This document shows positions 57,909-64,000 of a DNA stretch of 64,000 nt, piece after piece. Position 1 is the first letter of the stretch; each line of letters opens with the position of its first letter. This DNA is from a virus (taxonomy: Duplodnaviria; Caudoviricetes), in the IMG/VR virus record IMGVR_UViG_3300028610_002065, positions 1-64,000 of that record. The stretch is one strand, 5' to 3'. The position numbers and the translations under genes were made by a program. Below the pieces are notes generated by a model. The model ran no database searches. It was not told the origin of the DNA and was given only the letters and a program-made list of their open reading frames with translations.

Positions 57909-59489
57909 TTACCTCCCGATTAGGTTTTGAAATTTATTGACTAAAAGACCCTTCACAACATCTGTATTTTCGATCATTCGTGTGAAGATAAATTCAGTCT
58001 CCACATACCTGTAGTCGTTGAGCGGAATCGGTTTTACATCTGGAACGAGTGCTCTTGCTGTTCCCTGTCTTGCATCAGCAGAGAATACCGGATTGAAATG
58101 AATCAGGTTAAAGTCATGACCTGATTCTTTGAAATGTTTGTAGGTATGAGCAAACATACCTTTTATTGCATTTTCATATCCATCCGATAGAACAACAATA
58201 TTTTTCACTCCAGTTTTAACCGCCTTGGTTAATCCTGACCAAAGGTCTGTGTGATTCATTGGGATAATCATAGTGATCGGTTTATCAGTTGGAGTTGTAA
58301 CAACCTTACCACCGACACGAATGACCTCTTTGACATTAGACAAAATAGATAACAGACAGAGAGAAGTCAAAAGAGGGTGTAACTTTCTTTCATCACTTCC
58401 TTCCATAGATCGTGATGCGTCCACGATTACCACACACTCACCAATATCAAGTTTATCAGCTTTGGTGATTCTGTAGTCAATGGCGTCTGAGATTTCATTC
58501 ATATCCTCAGTATCAGTTTGAGATAGTTTGAAGTAGAGCAGTTTGAAGAGTTCATAAATATCATGATTTTTATAATTGATTTTTATCTTCTTTGCTCCTA
58601 CTTTCTTACGAGCTGCAATAGTTTGAATTTCTTCTCTTTCTGATACTTTTGACTTATCATGAACTTCAGATAACTCAATGGGAACTTTATATTGATTGCG
58701 AAAACCGACTACGGTTCTCAGGGGCATTCCCTTCATGTTCTTTTTGAAGTCCTCGACATTTCCTTCTTCGGCTGCTTTTCGCAGTCTCCAGTAGTATCCG
58801 ATTTTTGGAAAATAAGCTACAGCTTTTTCGGTTTTATATACTGGTTGTTTATTAAACAAATGCAAGAATATTGGAAATGCATCTGGACTATAGCGACCTA
58901 TCCATTTATCAAACAGCTTTTCATCGCCGTTCAATATTTTGTGTGTGGTCTGTGGGCCAAGAGCATGCCTTGTCAACTTACGAAGTTTGTTCTTGAAGTT
59001 TACAGCTAACCCATCCAGTTCTTTGTTATCTCGACTAAAGATGAACTCAAGAATTAACTTTCTTGTTCTTGCATTGTTCACTTTTGAAAATCCTTCACCT
59101 CCAGTCAACATCATTAGATTCTTGATAGCTCTAGCGAAACGATCTTGCGATACCTTATCAAGATTATATCTGAAGATGTCTTTCTCAAAGTCTTCTGGGA
59201 GTGCATCTGGAACTAAATCTTTGCCGGTTCCAGTCTGTGGGTTAGCTAATAACATGTGATTCATAGCTCCCTTTGAAAACCCTGTTCCGCCCAACAGCGT
59301 GACAAGACCAAACATCACTCTATCGAACTTGAATAGTTGTTGCCACATTTGCAGCACTTGTAAAAACTGCTCATCGGCACCTTCATAGAACGCACCTTTT
59401 GGTGCATACTGCATAATCCCTGAGTCAATTTGCACTGGCAATCTTCCTTCAGCCATGCGAACAGCATCTTGTAACTTCTTACGAGCCAT
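57909..59489 (-). CDS. Helical domain + vWA protein (divergent TROVE/Ro60-like)
   Basis: Helical N-terminus (GAFYE.., KVNNARTR), C-terminal MIDAS VDASRSM...SDGYEN; strong SD. Confidence 0.6.
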   Translation of the reverse strand: MARKKLQDAVRMAEGRLPVQIDSGIMQYAPKGAFYEGADEQFLQVLQMWQQLFKFDRVMFGLVTLLGGTGFSKGAMNHMLLANPQTGTGKDLVPDALPEDFEKDIFRYNLDKVSQDRFARAIKNLMMLTGGEGFSKVNNARTRKLILEFIFSRDNKELDGLAVNFKNKLRKLTRHALGPQTTHKILNGDEKLFDKWIGRYSPDAFPIFLHLFNKQPVYKTEKAVAYFPKIGYYWRLRKAAEEGNVEDFKKNMKGMPLRTVVGFRNQYKVPIELSEVHDKSKVSEREEIQTIAARKKVGAKKIKINYKNHDIYELFKLLYFKLSQTDTEDMNEISDAIDYRITKADKLDIGECVVIVDASRSMEGSDERKLHPLLTSLCLLSILSNVKEVIRVGGKVVTTPTDKPITMIIPMNHTDLWSGLTKAVKTGVKNIVVLSDGYENAIKGMFAHTYKHFKESGHDFNLIHFNPVFSADARQGTARALVPDVKPIPLNDYRYVETEFIFTRMIENTDVVKGLLVNKFQNLIGR

Positions 59490-59680
59490 CTCCTATCTCC
59501 TTTTTAACGTGGGATAATCATATTCAATTTTTTGGATGAAAAATAAATAGAACTTGCCTTCATAAATTGGCGCTCGGGGGAGTAAAACGTAGCGTCAAGA
59601 AACCCGAAAGTATCTGAATCTACGTTTAGTCCCCCTCGCATAAAATGGTGCCCTTAAAAAGAGTGAAAGATGTAAGGGTT

Positions 59681-59753
59681 TGGTTGATACACAAGAATCG
59701 AACTTGCGACAACCGGCGTGATAGGCCGGAGCTCTTCCAACTGAGCTAATATC
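59681..59753 (-). ncRNA. tRNA-Asp-like element (anticodon ATC, shortened acceptor stem)
   Basis: GCTC AGTTGGAA GAGC D arm; CCGGC CTATCAC GCCGG; GCAAG TTCGATT CTTGT; ends ACCA; acceptor only about 5 bp. Confidence 0.7.
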
Positions 59754-60271
59754 TGAACTTTCATCGAGTCTCTTTTAATGGGCATAAAATGAACCAGAAG
59801 TAATATATATAATGTGTAGCGTTCCCCTCGTTGGAGGAGAACAGTCGTACAGGTTTTGACACCTTGGAGACCGACTAAGGTCAATGCTGAAATTATACAA
59901 AGTCTTCTGGTCAAAATGGAGCCGGCACATGGATAAACATGTGTATCGTCCGGCATAAAATAAAAGGGGGCCATACATCCGATATGCAAGTCTTCTGCAC
60001 GCGGTGACCCCTAAGATGGTGGAAGCCGTGATCCTTCATGCCGCGGCGCAATCAGGTGACTCCCATAAAATGATGGGGCGCGATATCCAAAAGACCAGTC
60101 CTGCAATTAATTAGCAGCGATAAGGTTAGTGGCACGCCCCATAAAATAGAACTAGAAGTAGAGAATGACTTGTGGGTTATGTATTTAGCAGTACAATCCT
60201 GAAAAGTCAAAAAGTCTTCTAGTTGAAAAAGTCGGGAGTGATAAACGTAATGTGATAGACTTGCCAGTCTG

Positions 60272-60340
60272 TGGTAGGCAAGACGGGAATCGAACCCGCG
60301 TTCCATGGTCCCATATACCATTGCTGAAACCAACGTCAGC
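60272..60340 (-). ncRNA. tRNA-like element lacking a 5' acceptor strand (loop ATATGGG; His- or Pro-derived)
   Basis: GCTG...CAGC D arm; ATGGT/ACCAT; GCGGG TTCGATT CCCGT; CTTGCCT-ACCA; upstream TTTCAGA cannot pair with CTTGCCT. Confidence 0.6.
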
Positions 60341-60441
60341 GTTCTGAAATTACATCAAGTCTCCCGAGAAAATATAGAATAAAAATAAGTCTCTAATATA
60401 AAAATTTAAATTAAAGAACGTTAGAAATGTATCTTTCAATA

Positions 60442-60455
60442 ATTAATATATATAG
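60442..60455 (-). promoter_or_regulatory. Candidate early promoter CTATATATATTAAT
   Basis: AT-only intergenic head of the long - strand unit; CTATATATA also occurs at 19951-19959. Confidence 0.3.
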
Positions 60456-60475
60456 AAACTGAATTTTTAAAATGA

Positions 60476-60736
60476 TCATGTTGCATCAACTAAAACTGGA
60501 TTACGTTCGTTGTTGAGATCGAAGATTAGCTTCTTACCAGGGAAGCTATCTGCTGTGTTCTTGATAATTTGCTTGGTCGCACTTGGTAAAAAGTTGTTGT
60601 AATAATATAACTGGAGCCCACCCTTAAAATTGAATGCTACTCCGTCGGCTGTTTCTGAAACTTCAACCAATTCCTCTCTTGGAACTGTTATTTTAAAATT
60701 ACCCTTCTTAATTGTTATTTGAGTTTTTTCAGACAT
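60476..60736 (-). CDS. Hypothetical protein
   Basis: SD AAGGAG. Confidence 0.6.
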   Translation of the reverse strand: MSEKTQITIKKGNFKITVPREELVEVSETADGVAFNFKGGLQLYYYNNFLPSATKQIIKNTADSFPGKKLIFDLNNERNPVLVDAT

Positions 60737-61355
60737 TCAGTTCTCCTTCTCTTAATGCTAGTAAAATTGTTGTATTCAATCTTTTAGATTGTTCACAAAA
60801 CCACTCTATCATATCGTCTTTATTATATGTTCTTAAAAAATCAGCAATTAACTTAGGATATGATCTAGTATCTGACTGCTCTTCTATCTCTGAAATTATT
60901 TTATTTCCATTTTGTTCACAATAATTTTCGAAACGCAGTGAGTTTATTTCTGGTTTTAGATACTTCCAAACATTAGTTATGAACTCTTCGTTGTCATATT
61001 CCAAAAATTTGATCAGTTCTATTACATCTGAAGTGTCTTCTACATCTTCAATTTTTACAATTTGGGGAAATATAAAATCATATCTTTCTTTAATGTAACG
61101 TATAATTTCAAAACATAATTCTTTTAGATCTCTAAATTCATATTCTTTTCTTAATAGCGGAATGGTTGCATTGAAACTTTCTTGAAACTCTCCCGTTCGG
61201 ATACTATCAAGAATGGTTAGGAAATAATAACTCTTCAATGCAGCTTCTTCATATGGATAACCTGTTTGACTTTCAACTCTCAAGTCATCCATATCTTCTT
61301 CTGGCATATTTAATGAGTTTCCTAACAATGCTTGTAATGCTCTATCTTCGTACAT
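60729..61355 (-). CDS. Hypothetical acidic protein
   Basis: In operon after the RNAP beta-2 region. Confidence 0.6.
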   Translation of the reverse strand: MYEDRALQALLGNSLNMPEEDMDDLRVESQTGYPYEEAALKSYYFLTILDSIRTGEFQESFNATIPLLRKEYEFRDLKELCFEIIRYIKERYDFIFPQIVKIEDVEDTSDVIELIKFLEYDNEEFITNVWKYLKPEINSLRFENYCEQNGNKIISEIEEQSDTRSYPKLIADFLRTYNKDDMIEWFCEQSKRLNTTILLALREGELNV

Positions 61356-62050
61356 TATTTTTTGGCCCTCCGACTTGCAGTAAATTCTTTTTCCATTCTT
61401 CCGACTGCTCTTCCGACTGCTCTTTTCTGCTGTCTCTTGCGAAATCCTTCAAGGTTCTTTTCAGCTCGTTTAATCTTCTTTTTTGTAGGTCTGATTCTTT
61501 CATATTCTTTTGAGCCTTTTCTATATTTTGATAATTTCTCAATAGATCTTTTTCCATAAAGACCTTTGGTTATATTAGATAATTCTTTTTCCCTTCGGAG
61601 AACTTCATCTGAAGCGTGGCTTACTCCTTTTACTTTTCTTGATAGAGCTCGTTGTCTTATTCCCACTCCTTTTTTCTTACTTATTGTAAATTCATCAGCT
61701 TCATGCCTTTTTGTAATTGCTCCCAGTGTCTTTTCTTTAGGTTTTAAATGTTTCTTTTTAACAGCATGTATTGTTTTAGTACTTACATCTGTATGTGCCT
61801 GCATGGGATCTTTGATGTATTTGCTTGGCGGAAACCAAACCTGTTTAGAATATTTACCACTTGTTTTTCCACCAGCTTTCCTTATCTTTTGAGCAGTTCC
61901 TTTTTCAACTCCCTTTGTCCATTGACTTTGAGTTTTATGGAGCCGACCTTTCTTTATTCTTTTTAAATCACTTGCCTTTAATTTACCAGCAGCGAGCATC
62001 CTCTTCCATTTGGACTCATATAAGTAATCTAAATAATCATCAAGTAACAT
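61355..62050 (-). CDS. Very basic putative internal head protein
   Basis: Acidic leader MLLDDYLDYLYE followed by a Lys/Arg-rich body. Confidence 0.5.
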   Translation of the reverse strand: MLLDDYLDYLYESKWKRMLAAGKLKASDLKRIKKGRLHKTQSQWTKGVEKGTAQKIRKAGGKTSGKYSKQVWFPPSKYIKDPMQAHTDVSTKTIHAVKKKHLKPKEKTLGAITKRHEADEFTISKKKGVGIRQRALSRKVKGVSHASDEVLRREKELSNITKGLYGKRSIEKLSKYRKGSKEYERIRPTKKKIKRAEKNLEGFRKRQQKRAVGRAVGRMEKEFTASRRAKK

Positions 62051-62054
62051 TTTA

Positions 62055-64000
62055 TTATCTCTCCAACATTAATGAAACAAAATATGAATTTAATAAATCT
62101 CGACCTGGAGATACCTTTGGTTCTTTGTATTCAGCTTCTCCTTTTTGAATAATCTCTGCTAAAATTTCTTCTCTTGTTATATAATCATCTGATAATGGTC
62201 CCATAAACTCTGCTAATACATGAGGTGCATTATAAGAGATGAATGAATAGGTATCGAGTTCTCCTAATCTTTGACCACCCTCACGCCTTTTGCCAGAAGT
62301 AGGTTGTCCTGTTTTTCCAGTTACAGGTCCAGTACTTCTGCCATAAATTTTTTCTGCTCCAAGATGTTCAAGTTTTGAAATATACATGTAACCACAAGGA
62401 ACTTCTCTTAATGTTTTTGTATTGTATTCAGGCAACGTTAATCTATATCCTGATTTTAACCCCAATGATTTCAAAGCATTTTCGATATGTTTGTTATTTG
62501 GTGCTTGAAATGGTGGAATGATTATTGGATAAAATCCAGTTTTCTTAACTTGCTCAACTAACTTTTTAAATTGTATAGGTGGTAATCTATTCAGACCCGC
62601 TACTAATATGCCTGTATTTCGTCTGTTCGGTGAAGTATCAAGTTGAGAATATATCCTTTTGATTAAATCAATTATCTTCGTTTTAGTGGTCATTGTAACA
62701 ATCAGTCTACCCATTTCTTTTGAAATTAATCCTGTATATAACTCATACATTTGACTAATGTTCATTCTGTTTAGAACACCAATTGGATTTAATACTACTT
62801 CAATGATATCTCCATTTGGCATTCTCGGCATCATATTATCTGGTTCTACCAATGATATAATTCCTTTGTTTCCATAACGACCAGCAAGTTTATCACCAAC
62901 ACCAACTCTTAACTCCTGTTCAACTTTAAATTTAATTAAAACTCCTTTTATTGTTTCACCTTTAAAAGAGAACTTTTCTCTTGGAATTTTTCCGTGTCTT
63001 TTAGCTGTTCTATCAGCATGATCTTTTATTTTTGGAAATTTACTTGGTGCAACATTTGAGTAAACTTGAATATCAACTATTTTTCCACCTGGACTTTTCT
63101 TTACAAATTGACCGGCAAATAAATCAGTTGATTCATCCTCTTCGAAACCAATGATTTCTTCTACATCTCCCATTGTTTTTCTAAGCAGAGGTTGTCCTTT
63201 TTCAATGTACTGACCTATTTCTCCTATGAACATAATTCTATCATTTTCTGATACTAAAACTTCTTCTTCAATACCATGTAGAGATGTTAATTTATCTTGA
63301 TCAGACACACTTTGACTAATAACAATTCCATCTTCAAAATTATATCCTTTGTATGGCATCATTGCGACTAATAATGGACGACCCAATGAGATGGTACCAT
63401 CAGACATACAAGCACCTTCAGCAATAACTTTTCCTTTTTTAACTACATCTCCCGCTTTAACAATAGGAGTAAAAACACTAAGAGTATTTTTTCCAGATCC
63501 TGATTTTAAATGTGCTGGTGTAATATCAATTGCTTGACTTTTATTTCCACACTTTACATATATTGCATGTTCAGTTATTCTGGTAATCTTTCCATCACAC
63601 GGAGATTTCTTAACAAAACTATTTGATAACACTCCAGTTAATATTGATTCATAACCTGATTGAACTGGAGGACTTTGAGGATTCTTTAGTGGTAATGATT
63701 GTTTAGCTTGATTAGTTGCCATAATAACTCTAGCACCATCTGTGTTTTCAATGAATGGAATCATTGCAGATGTAGTTGATAACATTCCACTACCTTCATT
63801 GTTACTTATAACTTTTTCAGCAAATAATCCTCTTGAAGATGATACCATTGCATCGACTGTTAGTTGTTGAATCAGTCCAATGTTTTCACTCTCTGGTGTG
63901 TCAAGAGGATCTATATTACCAAAGTATGTTGGATGTAAATTTCTTGCTGCTTGAGAGATTGCTCTTTTATCAGGAATACCTCCAACCTTCTTTCCAACTG
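62055..64000 (-). CDS. rpoB: RNA polymerase beta subunit, copy 2 (5' partial)
   Basis: Frame is open to the window edge (RNLHPTYFGNIDPLDTPESENIGL upstream of the listed Met); NFEDGIVIS, GDKLAGRYGNKG, GGQRLGELD. Confidence 0.95.
   Translation of the reverse strand, partial: VGKKVGGIPDKRAISQAARNLHPTYFGNIDPLDTPESENIGLIQQLTVDAMVSSSRGLFAEKVISNNEGSGMLSTTSAMIPFIENTDGARVIMATNQAKQSLPLKNPQSPPVQSGYESILTGVLSNSFVKKSPCDGKITRITEHAIYVKCGNKSQAIDITPAHLKSGSGKNTLSVFTPIVKAGDVVKKGKVIAEGACMSDGTISLGRPLLVAMMPYKGYNFEDGIVISQSVSDQDKLTSLHGIEEEVLVSENDRIMFIGEIGQYIEKGQPLLRKTMGDVEEIIGFEEDESTDLFAGQFVKKSPGGKIVDIQVYSNVAPSKFPKIKDHADRTAKRHGKIPREKFSFKGETIKGVLIKFKVEQELRVGVGDKLAGRYGNKGIISLVEPDNMMPRMPNGDIIEVVLNPIGVLNRMNISQMYELYTGLISKEMGRLIVTMTTKTKIIDLIKRIYSQLDTSPNRRNTGILVAGLNRLPPIQFKKLVEQVKKTGFYPIIIPPFQAPNNKHIENALKSLGLKSGYRLTLPEYNTKTLREVPCGYMYISKLEHLGAEKIYGRSTGPVTGKTGQPTSGKRREGGQRLGELDTYSFISYNAPHVLAEFMGPLSDDYITREEILAEIIQKGEAEYKEPKVSPGRDLLNSYFVSLMLER

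Larger units (their letters stand above)
59561..60367 (-). ncRNA. Array of about 8 stem-closed structured RNA modules separated by AUUUUAUG-type linkers
   Basis: CATAAAAT at 59639, 59783, 59954, 60064, 60140 (variants near 59561, 59912, 60225); each interval is closed by inverted repeats; five modules share one scaffold. Confidence 0.75.

Noticed and set aside
8304-58476. Numerous antisense ORFs over long genes (e.g. 10110-10655, 32884-33186, 41230-41691)
   Set aside because: Shadow frames of biased codon usage with no motifs or RBS.
59654-60333. Listed ORFs 59654-59989, 59775-59978 and 60052-60333 as proteins
   Set aside because: No SD, atypical composition, and they overlap the structured RNA array; likely spurious.
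59681-60340. Functional tRNA genes
   Set aside because: Acceptor stems are truncated or missing and the anticodon loops are atypical; reported as tRNA-like ncRNA instead.
59561-60367. CRISPR array, suggested by the recurring CATAAAAT
   Set aside because: The repeat is only 8 nt, spacing is irregular (about 40-145 nt), spacers are self-complementary, and no cas genes are present.
61398-61424. Tandem TTCCGACTGCTC repeat
   Set aside because: Just encodes RAVG-RAVG in a low-complexity protein.
1-64000. Alternative genetic code or stop-codon recoding
   Set aside because: Conserved genes are intact in the standard code, and TAA, TAG and TGA all end genes.

Overview
This window is part of a large AT-rich tailed phage (myovirus-like jumbo phage) genome in the standard genetic code. 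A short + strand block (1-7691) holds the tail tube, baseplate and a probable AR9 gp226/phiKZ gp68-like RNAP specificity subunit; everything else is on the - strand. Structural genes: gp48-like tube cap, tape measure, TerL, gp27-like hub. Transcription: unsplit RNAP beta' plus beta, and a second divergent beta running off the right edge. Replication/recombination: SbcCD, UvsW-like helicase, type IIA topoisomerase A and B, SSB, a probable split-PolB piece. Pterin/deazaguanine-related: FolE2 and QueD. Best candidates for new biology: (1) an ~800-nt array of structured RNA modules directly upstream of a TROVE/Ro60-like vWA gene, five sharing a covarying stem/internal-loop scaffold (AG-ACUN-8bp-UUCAG...) and two carrying tRNA-like cargo; (2) a near-complete ubiquitin-like conjugation locus (large E2-D, JAB, two E1/ThiF, minimal E2, and a Ubl whose C-terminal half is out of frame) directly upstream of the RNAP genes; (3) two RNAP beta paralogs with a sigma-like subunit; (4) six MKIKxDFVTNSS proteins and a type IV pilin mimic. 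All family assignments come from motif recognition by eye, without database searches.
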